Shown piece after piece: positions 49,005 to 58,661 of a DNA stretch of 64,000 nt. Both the position numbers and the translations under genes were made by a program. The notes beneath the pieces were generated by a model that searched no databases, was not told the DNA's origin, and saw only the letters and a program-made list of their open reading frames with translations. The DNA is from Candidatus Krumholzibacteriota bacterium (GTDB lineage Bacteria; Krumholzibacteriota; Krumholzibacteriia; Krumholzibacteriales; Krumholzibacteriaceae): the NCBI GenBank assembly GCA_016933255.1, contig JAFGBF010000008.1, positions 7,772-71,771 of the forward strand. The letters run 5' to 3'. Positions within the stretch are counted from its first letter, which is position 1; the number at the start of each line of letters is the position of its first letter.

Positions 49005-50219
49005 ATGCAAAGAAAAACTTTTATAATATTTTTTACCGTGGTCACAGTTTCGCTCGTCGTAAGCGGGACAGCCTGTTCTCAGTCGGTCTTCGGTATGAAT
49101 TTTATCGGAGAACACAGGTTCGGAGGTAATGCCAGAACCGCTGCTCTCGGGTATTCCGGGATCGCCCTGACTGATACCAGCAGTGCGATCACAATGAACC
49201 CCGCCTCCCTTTCGGACCTCAGCCGGGTCACATTCTCTCTTTTCGAACTTCTAAGTTTCAGCAGGATAGAGCGTACAGATATTCAGTCGAACCGGACCAG
49301 GTTTCAGATCCCGTCTGCTGCGGTCGCGGTGCCTCTGCACGACGGGCTTGTTTTCAGCCTCGGCTACAGGACGAGGTTTGCCGGTAAGGATGATTTTTCA
49401 ATTCAGAGCGAGATCGAGGATCTTCCCGCTGTGAATGAAAATTACAAGCTGAACAGTTCTCTCTTTTCCGTTCCGTTTATTCTCGCCTGGAAACCGGTCG
49501 ACTGGCTGAGGGTTTCGGGAGAGTTCCAGCTTGAACGCGGCTCGATCAAGGATCAGGTCTCTGTCTCTATCGAGGATCCTCTGTACAGCACTGCGACATC
49601 GTCGCGAACGAGAAGCTTTTCATCAGGGTCATGGGCTGTTTCGATGCTGATGAGGGTCCATCCAAGGCTTTGGGTTGGTGGATCATACGACGAAAGTATT
49701 GATTACACAGTCAGCGAGATCACTGAATATTCCCTCGAGTCGCTGAATGAATCATCGACCTGGGATTTTTCACTTCCGGCGGCCTTCAGCGCAGGTTTCG
49801 CGGCCGGGGTGACAGATAGATGGTGGCTGACCGGCTCTTACTGGGAGCGCCAGGCTCCCGAACCGGACGGTTTTCCGCAGTTTGAAGGCGCTCTTGGAGA
49901 CGAAAATCTCTTTGCGGTCGGCGTGGAAAGAAGATCTGCAGCTGAGGGAGGGGCTATCTCAAGGATCCCTCTGCGCATCGGGTTCTACCGGAATCGCTGG
50001 CACATGGAATTTCCGCAGGGAGAACCTGTTGTTTCCAGTTTCTTTACCGTTGGATCGGGTTTTTCTGTTCCTGGTGGACCGGGAGATCTCGATCTTACAC
50101 TGGAATTCGGGAAGATAGGTTCCGTAGAGAATAACAAGATAGATGAAAAGGTATTTCGCCTCGGTATAAGCATTAATTTTTCTGAAGTCTGGTCGAGGCG
50201 AAAGATCGTCAGGCATTGA
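49005..50219 (+). CDS. FadL/PorV-like outer-membrane beta-barrel protein
   Basis: Signal peptide. N-terminal 'NARTAALGYSGIALTDTSSAITMNPASL' (FadL-family NPA hatch motif). Alternating amphipathic strands and a C-terminal '...RLGISINF' aromatic terminus. Confidence 0.5.
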   Translation: MQRKTFIIFFTVVTVSLVVSGTACSQSVFGMNFIGEHRFGGNARTAALGYSGIALTDTSSAITMNPASLSDLSRVTFSLFELLSFSRIERTDIQSNRTRFQIPSAAVAVPLHDGLVFSLGYRTRFAGKDDFSIQSEIEDLPAVNENYKLNSSLFSVPFILAWKPVDWLRVSGEFQLERGSIKDQVSVSIEDPLYSTATSSRTRSFSSGSWAVSMLMRVHPRLWVGGSYDESIDYTVSEITEYSLESLNESSTWDFSLPAAFSAGFAAGVTDRWWLTGSYWERQAPEPDGFPQFEGALGDENLFAVGVERRSAAEGGAISRIPLRIGFYRNRWHMEFPQGEPVVSSFFTVGSGFSVPGGPGDLDLTLEFGKIGSVENNKIDEKVFRLGISINFSEVWSRRKIVRH

Positions 50220-50356
50220 TCTGTTCTGATCAATCTCAAATTATTCAGAATCTGATTGAAGAACGATGCCTGAGCTGATCTGAGATCGGGATGCACCGGC
50301 CGGACGGGATCTTTGCATAATCTTTGGCCAGGGCGTGAGGTCTTCAGGAGATAAGT

Positions 50357-51034
50357 ATGCGGCGTTATATGATTATTGCGGCTGTAGCGATCATGCTCGC
50401 GGCTGGCATCGCTCCAGGAATTGAAGGTGGGACAGATGAGACAGACATTCCTCTCGCGTTGCAGCTTGATGGGCTTCCGGCTGAGGGCCGCATCGCGTAT
50501 TTGAGGCACCTTATCAGTAAGGGAAGAGAAGATGCGGAGGTAAGTTTTCAACTTGCTGTCTCGTTTCATGAAAGCGGGCAGGCCGATTCGGCTATAACAT
50601 GGTACGCTATTACTGTCAAAAGGGATCCGGAAAACTTCAAGGCTTTTGTCAATCTTGGGGTCATTTATGATGATCGGGGCATGGCATCAGAGGCCGAAAG
50701 GAATTTTCAGGCAGCGGTAGATCTTGCTCCTGATAATCTTCTTGCCAACGCGCATCTTGCCTTTATGCTTTTCAGCAGAAGAGAGTATGAATCTGCGTGG
50801 GAATATCTTTCACATGCTCTTGAGATCGATCCCGATCACCCGCAGCCGCATTTTTACCTTGCCATCTTCTTCTGGGAAAGCAGGATGTACAGAGAGGCAC
50901 TTGAAGAGTGGGAGAAAGTAACTGCACTTGATCCTGACAGTTATCTCGGGAAAAAGGCGGAAGAGAATATTGTCATACTTCAGAAGGCTCTCAATGCCAC
51001 CACTATAGAAGGAAGATGGGATCCTGAAAGATGA
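50357..51034 (+). CDS. Secreted TPR-repeat protein
   Basis: Signal peptide, then 4-5 TPR units (W-LG-Y-A-F-A-P pattern). Confidence 0.65.
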   Translation: MRRYMIIAAVAIMLAAGIAPGIEGGTDETDIPLALQLDGLPAEGRIAYLRHLISKGREDAEVSFQLAVSFHESGQADSAITWYAITVKRDPENFKAFVNLGVIYDDRGMASEAERNFQAAVDLAPDNLLANAHLAFMLFSRREYESAWEYLSHALEIDPDHPQPHFYLAIFFWESRMYREALEEWEKVTALDPDSYLGKKAEENIVILQKALNATTIEGRWDPER

Positions 51035-51036
51035 AC

Positions 51037-51065
51037 TTGACACAGGAGCCGGTCTTACCTAGATT
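51037..51065 (+). promoter_or_regulatory. Sigma70-like promoter (TTGACA-17-TAGATT) for the TPR lipoprotein gene
   Basis: Overlaps the stop of the upstream TPR gene. Confidence 0.45.
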
Positions 51066-51124
51066 GTCTTGAGGCAGGGATAGTGTTAATCGTCTTTGAT
51101 CCCCATAAAAGAAAGGAATGAAAA

Positions 51125-52294
51125 ATGAGAAGAGTCCTCGTTTTAATGATGGGAATAGCGATAGTATTTATCGTTGGATGCAATTCCAGCACAGGTGAGA
51201 ATATAAATACCGATTATAGTCAGAGCAGTACTACTACGGTAAAAAGCAGTGATGGCTTCGATAAGCAGCTTCGTCCGGAGGAGATCGCATATCAGTCAGC
51301 CCAGCAGTTTCTCTCGTCAGGGAAACATTCTGAAGCGATCCGGAGCCTTGAAGAAGCTGTATCGATAAGACCTACTTATCTTGAGGCGTGGTCGCAGCTT
51401 GGTTCGACATATACCAAGATCCAGGAGTACGAAAAAGGGATAGCTGCCTATAAGAACGCTCTTGAACTTTCTCCCGGTGATGAGAGCCTCATAACCTCGA
51501 TAGGATACAATTATCTTAATCTGAAAAACTGGGATGAGGCTGAAGCTTATTACTTGATGCTGCTCGAAAAAGATCCCAATCATCACAGCGGCAATATCAA
51601 TCTCGCCTTCATCGCGCAGAGCCGCGACAGGATCGACGAAGCGATAACTTATTACAAAGCAGCGCTTGTCTCTAGCCCTAACGACGCAAGGACGATGGGT
51701 ACGATATCCGATCTCTACGGGAAACTGGATAACAAAGAGAAGAAATTTGAATATCTCAACAAGGCGATCGAAGCAGATCCCAAGAACCATGAGTTCAAAA
51801 AGAAGCTTGCCAAGGCTTATTTCACTGACAGGGATTACAAAAGTTCTATTCCGATCTATGAGGAGCTTACAAATATCTATCCCGACATAGCCGATTACCA
51901 TCAAAGGCTTGGATTTGCCTATTCACAGGCGAACCGGACCAGCGAAGCTCCAGCTGAACTGGAAAAAGCCGTCAGCCTTAGTGGTGGAGACCCGTTTACT
52001 TATGCGATAATGGCGAAGATATATAATGAGAACAATATGTATAACAAGGCGATCACTTCGGCGAAGGCCGGCATCAATATTGAGAATGGCGGCGACCAGG
52101 CTGCAATCCTCTACTATCAGTGGGGCGAAGCCCTTTCGAAGCTGGACAGCTATGAAGAGGCGATCGTAAAATTCGAGAAGGTAGTCTCCCTGAACGATCC
52201 AGTATGGTCGAAGTCTGCCGAGAAACAGTTGACAAGGCAGAATCAGCTGATAAAGATCAGGGAAGCCAAAAAAGAGCAGGAGTTGTACGAATAG
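51125..52294 (+). CDS. TPR-repeat lipoprotein
   Basis: Lipobox 'IVGC', then about 8 TPR repeats. A promoter lies upstream and a terminator downstream. Confidence 0.7.
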   Translation: MRRVLVLMMGIAIVFIVGCNSSTGENINTDYSQSSTTTVKSSDGFDKQLRPEEIAYQSAQQFLSSGKHSEAIRSLEEAVSIRPTYLEAWSQLGSTYTKIQEYEKGIAAYKNALELSPGDESLITSIGYNYLNLKNWDEAEAYYLMLLEKDPNHHSGNINLAFIAQSRDRIDEAITYYKAALVSSPNDARTMGTISDLYGKLDNKEKKFEYLNKAIEADPKNHEFKKKLAKAYFTDRDYKSSIPIYEELTNIYPDIADYHQRLGFAYSQANRTSEAPAELEKAVSLSGGDPFTYAIMAKIYNENNMYNKAITSAKAGINIENGGDQAAILYYQWGEALSKLDSYEEAIVKFEKVVSLNDPVWSKSAEKQLTRQNQLIKIREAKKEQELYE

Positions 52295-52338
52295 CAGCAT
52301 CAGGCGCTGCAGCAGACATTTGACGGCGATCTTATCGA

Positions 52339-52376
52339 CAGCCTCCCCTTCTGACGGGGAGGCTGTTTGACATTTT
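52339..52376 (+). terminator. Rho-independent terminator after the TPR lipoprotein gene
   Basis: Perfect 10-bp stem CAGCCTCCCC / GGGGAGGCTG, loop TTCTGAC, then TTTGACATTTT. Confidence 0.8.
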
Positions 52377-52395
52377 GGAGACTTGCGGATATGAT
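52367..52395 (+). promoter_or_regulatory. Sigma70-like promoter (TTGACA-17-TATGAT) for the cyclophilin gene
   Basis: The -35 overlaps the U-tract of the upstream terminator. Confidence 0.5.
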
Positions 52396-52419
52396 AGCGG
52401 TATACAAGGAGGTGTTGGA

Positions 52420-53010
52420 ATGAATGCTTTCATAAGATCGAGGGGTGCCCGTTTGCTCTCGGTCATTATCCCCGCCGCGGTAATTTCCCTTTCTCTTACA
52501 CTCTATACGGCTGGCGCTGCCGCGCAGGAAGCGGCCGATACTTCTGCTTCGGCTGCAGATTCGTCGTTTGCGGAGAAAGAAGCCGAGCCGTCCCTGAAAG
52601 CAAAAATAGTCCTTGAGAAAGGCGGAGTGATCCTGATCGAGCTGTTTCCTGAAGATGCACCGATAACGGTCGAACGATTCGTCGAACTTGTCAGGAATGG
52701 ATTCTACGATGATCTGGAGTTTCACCGGGTCGAAAACTTTGTAGTGCAGACCGGCAACAGGGATAATGATTATCCACCTATCATAGGTGAGATGTTCGGA
52801 CAGGACCTCAGGCACAAGGTCGGTTCTGTCGGGATGGCGCGAAAGCCGGACAGTTACGATTCAGCTACGACGCAGTTCTACATGGTCAAAGAGTGCAGGT
52901 CTGCTTTACAAAATGAATATACGGTTTTCGGCGAGGTGATAGAGGGGATGGATCTCGTTCACAAGATCAAGAAAAGAGACAAGATCAAAAGTATCGAGAT
53001 CATTGAATGA
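52420..53010 (+). CDS. Secreted cyclophilin-type peptidyl-prolyl cis-trans isomerase
   Basis: ORF 52375..53010. ATG 52420 has AAGGAGG 7 nt upstream. Signal peptide, then 'FHRVENFVVQTG' and 'GSVGMARKPDSYDSATTQFYMV' cyclophilin motifs. Confidence 0.8.
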   Translation: MNAFIRSRGARLLSVIIPAAVISLSLTLYTAGAAAQEAADTSASAADSSFAEKEAEPSLKAKIVLEKGGVILIELFPEDAPITVERFVELVRNGFYDDLEFHRVENFVVQTGNRDNDYPPIIGEMFGQDLRHKVGSVGMARKPDSYDSATTQFYMVKECRSALQNEYTVFGEVIEGMDLVHKIKKRDKIKSIEIIE

Positions 53011-53088
53011 CTCTCCTTTGGCGAGAGCAGGTACCGGACGGACGAATAAGATCGAAGGTGTACGGAAAGTACGTTCTTCCGATTACCC

Positions 53089-53117
53089 TTGACCGGCACG
53101 GTCGCGCTGAATATATA
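53089..53117 (+). promoter_or_regulatory. Sigma70-like promoter (TTGACC-17-TATATA) for iscS-mnmA
   Basis: 17-nt spacing, about 45 nt upstream of the iscS ATG. Confidence 0.45.
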
Positions 53118-53159
53118 TCAGCGTAGCTTTTAATTGAGGACTATTCTGTAAGGGCGGAA

Positions 53160-54338
53160 ATGGGAAAAGAATTGCAGGTATATTTCGATCATAACGCGAC
53201 TACATCTATGAGGCAGGAAGTCATCGATAAGATGAGCCCGTATTTCAGTCAGCATTTCGGAAATGCGAGCAGCCTGCATTTTTTTGGGATAAAGACGCGT
53301 GAAGCAATAGACATTGCACGGGAACAGGTGGCGTTATTGATCAATGCTGATCCGGATGAGATAATATTCACTTCCGGAGGAACCGAATCTGATAACCTCG
53401 CTATCAGGGGGGTTCTCTCTGCAAGACGTGGATCTGTCTCCCGCGCCCATATAATAACTTCTTCGATAGAACATCCCGCGGTGCTCGAGACCTGCGCTGC
53501 GCTTGAAAAAGAAGGAATCGATGTCACCTTTCTGCCATCTTCAGAATCGGGTACTGTCGATCCATCTGACCTTGAGGCTGCAATACGTCCGGATACGATC
53601 CTTGTATCTGTGATGCTGGCTAATAATGAGACGGGAGTGATCCAGCCTGTACGCGAGCTGTCACAGATAGCCGGAAATAAAGGTATTACTTTTCATGTCG
53701 ATGCCGTGCAGGGTGTCGGAAAGATCCCGGTGGATGTCGATGAACTCGGAATAGATCTTCTTACGATCTCGGCGCACAAATTTTACGGCCCAAAGGGGAT
53801 CGGCGCGCTCTATCGGCGCAAAGGAACGAAGATCGATGCTGTATATACCGGGGGGCACCACGAATACGGGTTGAGGCCGGGTACGGAGAATGTTCCTGCT
53901 ATAGTCGGATTCGGTGAGGCCTGCCGCATAAGCAAAGAAAATCTTTCGGCCGAGATGAAGCATATTGCGAGGCTGAGGGACAGGATCGAAATCGGGATCA
54001 CTGAGAGGATAGAAAAGATAAAGATAAACGGCGCCGGGAGCAGGAGAGTGCCGAATACCTGCAGTGTGACAGTGACACGCATCGAAGGCGAGGCTATGAC
54101 GATGTATCTGAGTATGCTCGGGTTTGGATTATCAAGCGGAAGCGCCTGCGCAACCGGCGATTCGGAGCCGAGCCATGTTCTTCTTGCGATGGGCCTGGAC
54201 CCGGTGGATGCGCAGGGAGCTCTTCGAATAAGTCTCGGGATAGAAAACACTGATGAGGATGTCGATGCGTTTCTCGATGCATTTCCTCCTGTCGTAGAAC
54301 GGCTGAGAGAGATGTCACCTGTCAGGGAGGAATCCTGA
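53160..54338 (+). CDS. iscS: Cysteine desulfurase (IscS/NifS family)
   Basis: 'YFDHNATT', 'FTSGGTESDN', 'SAHKFYGPKGIGALY' and 'SSGSACATG'. Confidence 0.9.
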   Translation: MGKELQVYFDHNATTSMRQEVIDKMSPYFSQHFGNASSLHFFGIKTREAIDIAREQVALLINADPDEIIFTSGGTESDNLAIRGVLSARRGSVSRAHIITSSIEHPAVLETCAALEKEGIDVTFLPSSESGTVDPSDLEAAIRPDTILVSVMLANNETGVIQPVRELSQIAGNKGITFHVDAVQGVGKIPVDVDELGIDLLTISAHKFYGPKGIGALYRRKGTKIDAVYTGGHHEYGLRPGTENVPAIVGFGEACRISKENLSAEMKHIARLRDRIEIGITERIEKIKINGAGSRRVPNTCSVTVTRIEGEAMTMYLSMLGFGLSSGSACATGDSEPSHVLLAMGLDPVDAQGALRISLGIENTDEDVDAFLDAFPPVVERLREMSPVREES

Positions 54339-54353
54339 TCGCCGGAGGGCCAG

Positions 54354-55451
54354 GTGAGATTCAAAGATATTTCCAGTTTTCATATCAGCAAACCGTCCGT
54401 ATCCGGTGAAAAGGTCGTTGTCGGGATGAGCGGTGGAGTCGACAGCTCCGTCGCCGCCGCGCTCCTTGCGGGATCGGGCTACGCCGTTACAGGCCTGACT
54501 CTGAAGTTCCTGTGTAATGGCTGCGGAAAGGGGGCAGGATCTGAAGATGATACTGTTTCCAGCGCCGAAGAGGTCTGCCGAAGCCTGGGCATCGAGCACC
54601 GCACGGTAGATGTCAGTCATGAATTCAGGAAAAAGGTCATAGATTATTTTACCGGTGAGTACAAGGCAGGACGTACTCCGAATCCATGCATCATCTGTAA
54701 TGAAAAGGTGAAATTTCCGGCGATAGCTGCCGCCGCCGATTCGCTCGGCGTGAGATCCATCGCGACGGGGCATTACGCCAGGCTTGCGAGAGACAGGGAA
54801 GGGAGGCTTCTTTTCGGCGAGGCGAAGGATCGTTTGAAGGATCAGGGGTATTTCCTTTACAGGGTTCCGGTAAAGATCCTGAAACGCATTGTTTTTCCCC
54901 TTGCAGGTCTTACAAAAGAGGAAGTCCGCTCACTTGCTGCCGGGATCGGCCTCCATACAAAAACCGGAAAAGAAAGCCAGGATATCTGTTTTCTTCCGGA
55001 CGGCGACCTTTCCGGGTTTCTGTCTGCAAATATTTCGACATCTGAAGGAGATGTGGTGGATAAGAATGGAAATCTGCTGGGAAGGCACCGAGGTACTTTT
55101 CAATATACGATAGGGCAGCGCAAGGGCCTCGGCATTGCATCGAGTGCTCCATTATATGTCAGCTCAATAGACCCCGGGCAGAAACGGATCGTCCTGTCCG
55201 ATAATGAAAGCCTTTTTACCGACAGGGTAATATGTTCCGGGCTGAGGATGCGTGTCAGGGATCCGCTTCTTCCTCTGAGCGCAAAGATCAGGTATAGACA
55301 CAGGCCGGCGAAAGTAAAGAGTGTAGAGAGAAGAAAAGACACCCTTGCGGTCTCATTTGAGAGACCTCAAAGGGCTGTCACAAGCGGCCAGTCGCTGGTC
55401 CTTTACAGCGGCGGCATGATCATCGGCGGTGGGATCATTACCGGATTTTAA
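54354..55451 (+). CDS. mnmA: tRNA-specific 2-thiouridylase MnmA
   Basis: 'KVVVGMSGGVDSSVAAALL' PP-loop, 'CNEKVKF', and 'ATGHYAR'. Immediately downstream of iscS. Confidence 0.85.
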   Translation: MRFKDISSFHISKPSVSGEKVVVGMSGGVDSSVAAALLAGSGYAVTGLTLKFLCNGCGKGAGSEDDTVSSAEEVCRSLGIEHRTVDVSHEFRKKVIDYFTGEYKAGRTPNPCIICNEKVKFPAIAAAADSLGVRSIATGHYARLARDREGRLLFGEAKDRLKDQGYFLYRVPVKILKRIVFPLAGLTKEEVRSLAAGIGLHTKTGKESQDICFLPDGDLSGFLSANISTSEGDVVDKNGNLLGRHRGTFQYTIGQRKGLGIASSAPLYVSSIDPGQKRIVLSDNESLFTDRVICSGLRMRVRDPLLPLSAKIRYRHRPAKVKSVERRKDTLAVSFERPQRAVTSGQSLVLYSGGMIIGGGIITGF

Positions 55452-55537
55452 GGACGAAAGATATTCTCCCGGGTTCTTGACCATCATGCCGTGCGGCCTG
55501 TATCTGCCAGTCTGGTATTCCGCAGAGAGAGAAACAG

Positions 55538-56467
55538 ATGATTTCCAGAGATTCATTCAAACGGTCCGGCACCTTTCCTGCCGTTCTCGCCGTTTTTATA
55601 ATGCTCACTCTTTTTTATGCGCCTGTTTCCGCCAGGCTCGGTTCTCATAAGATGACCTCGGAATGCGGGCCTTACGTCATTTATCATCAGAAAGAAAATG
55701 AGAAGCTGGCACTGAAGGTTGATGAGCTCTTGTGCGGATCAGCCTCGGAGATCGCCTCGGAGATCGGGCTCGAGAAGGTCGATACGGTATGGGTGTTTAT
55801 CGCCTCGGACCGGGAATCGTTCAGGATGCTCCATCTGAACAGGATTCCGGAATGGGGAGAGGCTTTCAGCGACCTGAGAAGGAACGTTATCGGTATAGAC
55901 GCCGAGGCGGTATTGAGGGCTCCAAGGCCTCTCGTAACCGTTGTCAGGCATGAACTGTCCCATATCTTCTTCTCCCAGAGAGTAGGGGGGGTGGTATGCC
56001 CGACATGGTTCCTCGAGGGGCTTGCGATGCGGCAGTCGAGGGAGTGGACCCTTGTCGACCAGTGGCACCTCGTCTCTTCGATATGGAAAAAAAACCTACC
56101 CGACCTTGAAGACCTTACAGGCCCCTTTCCCAGGCCGATGGAACCTGCATCGACTGCCTACAAGTTGAGTTATGCTGCTGTAGACAGGCTGTTAGACGGA
56201 GAGCCTGAGTATCTTGTTACCCTTACGTCTTTTATAAGGGATACAGGTGATTTTGACAGAGCGTTTCTTCTGACTTTCGGAGTATCGGTGGGTGATTTTT
56301 CTCAACAGTTCCACCTCGATCTTGAGAAAAAGTACAGGACGGCGGGGGCCCTGATGCAATCCACTCCTTTCTGGATATTTATGGTCTGCCTCTTTCTGCT
56401 CGCGTATATCGTAAAAAAATACCGCAGCGCGGTAAAATTGAGGGCCTGGGAAGAAGAGGAGCGGTAG
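55538..56467 (+). CDS. Membrane-anchored HExxH zinc metallopeptidase-like protein (peptidase_MA-like gluzincin)
   Basis: N-terminal signal or TM. 'VVRHELSHIFF' (HExxH) followed by 'WFLEGLAM' (third-ligand Glu in a WxxEGxA context). C-terminal TM 'FWIFMVCLFLLAYIV'. Confidence 0.5.
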   Translation: MISRDSFKRSGTFPAVLAVFIMLTLFYAPVSARLGSHKMTSECGPYVIYHQKENEKLALKVDELLCGSASEIASEIGLEKVDTVWVFIASDRESFRMLHLNRIPEWGEAFSDLRRNVIGIDAEAVLRAPRPLVTVVRHELSHIFFSQRVGGVVCPTWFLEGLAMRQSREWTLVDQWHLVSSIWKKNLPDLEDLTGPFPRPMEPASTAYKLSYAAVDRLLDGEPEYLVTLTSFIRDTGDFDRAFLLTFGVSVGDFSQQFHLDLEKKYRTAGALMQSTPFWIFMVCLFLLAYIVKKYRSAVKLRAWEEEER

Positions 56468-56564
56468 ATTCGAATAAGCCTGAGTGAGATACAGGCCCAT
56501 CTCAGATCCCCACCGCGATCGGTATCCCCCCCCAGGAATTGGGAAACTCCCCGTAACTTTGCTC

Positions 56565-56593
56565 TTGACTTGGCCAGGGCCGTTTGTTATTTA
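56565..56593 (+). promoter_or_regulatory. Sigma70-like promoter (TTGACT-17-TATTTA) for rplU-rpmA
   Basis: About 40 nt upstream of the rplU GTG. Confidence 0.45.
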
Positions 56594-56630
56594 TCTAACT
56601 CTGTCTTGGAATTACAGGAGGTCAGGAAAA

Positions 56631-56942
56631 GTGTACGCAGTCATAGATCTGGCTGGCAAACAGTTTACGGTCAAACCGGAAGATGAGATCAAAGTTCCTC
56701 TTCTTGATGTGGAAGTGGGAAGTACGATACAGTGTGACAATGTGCTTCTGTATTCGGATGGAAGCGATATTCGCGTCGGCAAGCCGAATCTGGGTGATAT
56801 AAAGGTGACTGCGGAAGTTATCCGTCACGCAAGAGCCAAAAAGATCATCGTATTCAAGATGAAACGCAGGAAAAATTACCGCAGGAGAAACGGTCACCGC
56901 CAGCACTTTACTCAATTGAGAATAAAGGATATTACTGTCTGA
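56631..56942 (+). CDS. rplU: 50S ribosomal protein L21
   Basis: ORF track 56484..56942. GTG 56631 follows GGAGGTCAGG. 'MYAVIDLAGKQFTV' is the L21 N-terminus. Confidence 0.85.
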   Translation: MYAVIDLAGKQFTVKPEDEIKVPLLDVEVGSTIQCDNVLLYSDGSDIRVGKPNLGDIKVTAEVIRHARAKKIIVFKMKRRKNYRRRNGHRQHFTQLRIKDITV

Positions 56943-56963
56943 GCGGTTGGGGGGCTGATATTA

Positions 56964-57218
56964 ATGGCACATAAAAAAGGTGTGGGAAGTTCCAGAAACG
57001 GTCGTGACAGCGCCGGAAGAAGGCTCGGCGCCAAACGTACGTCAGGGCAGGATGTGCTGGCTGGAACAATACTCGTGCGGCAGCGCGGAGCGAAGATCCA
57101 TCCCGGAACCAATGTAGGTATAGGAAGCGATGACACTCTCTTTGCCTTGATCGACGGCCGTGTTCAGTTCGAGCGTTTCGGCCGGTCAAAGAAGAAAGTG
57201 AGCGTCTACGCAAGCTAG
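56964..57218 (+). CDS. rpmA: 50S ribosomal protein L27
   Basis: '[21 protein letters not shown]' is the L27 signature. Confidence 0.9.
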   Translation: MAHKKGVGSSRNGRDSAGRRLGAKRTSGQDVLAGTILVRQRGAKIHPGTNVGIGSDDTLFALIDGRVQFERFGRSKKKVSVYAS

Positions 57219-57258
57219 TTACAGTGGTCGCAGTGAGTATTCTGAAGATAGGTCTACA

Positions 57259-57301
57259 GGAACCTGATGAGACGCAAGTTTACATCAGGTTCTCTTTTTT
57301 T
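57259..57301 (+). terminator. Rho-independent terminator after rpmA
   Basis: 10-11-bp stem GGAACCTGATG / CATCAGGTTC, 13-nt loop, then TCTTTTTTT. Confidence 0.85.
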
Positions 57302-57365
57302 GTCTGACAAATCGCAGAATAGACAGTTATCAGACCATCGCCGAAGAAAGTGAAGCTTATCTTTA

Positions 57366-58490
57366 ATGATGAAAAAGAGTCGGGATAAACAGATCGCCAT
57401 CCTCCTGGCTGCGACCCTGCTGGCGGTATATTTCTACGGTCAGATCGATCATTCAGATCCGCAATTTAAAGATTGGGATTCGCATTATTATCTTAAAATA
57501 GCCGATGCATTCCCCAATATCGACGACTCCGCCATAAGGCCCTTCTCCTTTCGTCTTGCCGGCCCATTCATCGCCGGCGCGCTGCCGCTGGATCCGGCTG
57601 TCAGCTTTATGCTGCTCACGGTAGCCGGGTTGATCGTTACGGTGATCGGGTTTTATTTATTTCTGGTCTATCTCGGTGTAGAGTCGAACCTCGCGTTATT
57701 CGCATCTCTGTTATACATACTGAATAAACATTTCTTCGGATTCGTCTCCTGGAATTATTTTCACGTCAACGACATAATTATGAATATCGTGCTTTTGTCG
57801 TGTTTCTGGGCGATCTACGAGAGAAGATGGCTTCTTTTTGCTGTCGCCCTGTTGATAGGCAGCGCTACACGGGAGACATTTATCATCATGATCCCGACGG
57901 GACTCGTCTATCTGCTATTTGATTCAAAAAACAGATCTGATATCTGGAGGCTGCTCGTATCATCGGCGCCTGCTATCCTTTTGTTTCTTCTGATCAGGAT
58001 GCTTATAACACCGGAAAATGGCAGGATGTTGATCGCTTCACTTTCTGATAACTATACCAAGTTATTCCGGGTGGGAGGGATATACCATCAATTGATCAAT
58101 CCTTTCGTACCCCTTACGATGATCCCTGTTATTTATTTCAAAGAGACTTACAGATTCTTCCGCGGCAGGCTGCACATGCTTGCCTATCTGCTGTTGATAT
58201 TTATTGCCTCGCTTTTTGGTGAAAACAATGAGAGATTGATCCATCCGGGGTTCATAGTCTTCTTTTATCTGCTTGCATCGATCATTGGCGCCCGTATTGA
58301 ATCAAGGCTGATGAGAGCGGTGATACTCGCCGCCGCTGTCCTCGGGAGCCTGCACTATCTTATCGCACGGTTCCCACTCCCTTCACGCGATTTTACGATC
58401 ATCACTTCGGGAGGAGGGGCGGTTCTGCTCACCTTGATCCTTCTATGGTACAAATATCGTATTGGAAAAGGCCGGGCCGAGAGCGCGTGA
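57366..58490 (+). CDS. Polytopic integral membrane protein of unknown function
   Basis: 374 aa, about 10 TM. No motif recognised. Confidence 0.45.
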   Translation: MMKKSRDKQIAILLAATLLAVYFYGQIDHSDPQFKDWDSHYYLKIADAFPNIDDSAIRPFSFRLAGPFIAGALPLDPAVSFMLLTVAGLIVTVIGFYLFLVYLGVESNLALFASLLYILNKHFFGFVSWNYFHVNDIIMNIVLLSCFWAIYERRWLLFAVALLIGSATRETFIIMIPTGLVYLLFDSKNRSDIWRLLVSSAPAILLFLLIRMLITPENGRMLIASLSDNYTKLFRVGGIYHQLINPFVPLTMIPVIYFKETYRFFRGRLHMLAYLLLIFIASLFGENNERLIHPGFIVFFYLLASIIGARIESRLMRAVILAAAVLGSLHYLIARFPLPSRDFTIITSGGGAVLLTLILLWYKYRIGKGRAESA

Positions 58491-58571
58491 ACCCGATATC
58501 GGCGGAAACGCCTTAAAACGTTATCTGAAAAAGCGTTTAGTTATAACAAATATCTATACATCCAATTTGCA

Positions 58572-58600
58572 TTGAATAATCTATCGATTTGTGGTACAAT
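58572..58600 (+). promoter_or_regulatory. Promoter with extended -10 (TTGAAT-17-TGGTACAAT) for the disrupted type-IX-secretion cargo gene
   Basis: TGnTACAAT extended -10, about 60 nt upstream of ATG 58662. Confidence 0.45.
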
Positions 58601-58661
58601 GGGTTAGTTGTAATAATAACAGATTCTAAGGTTTAACTACGCACAAAACAGGGAGAACGCC

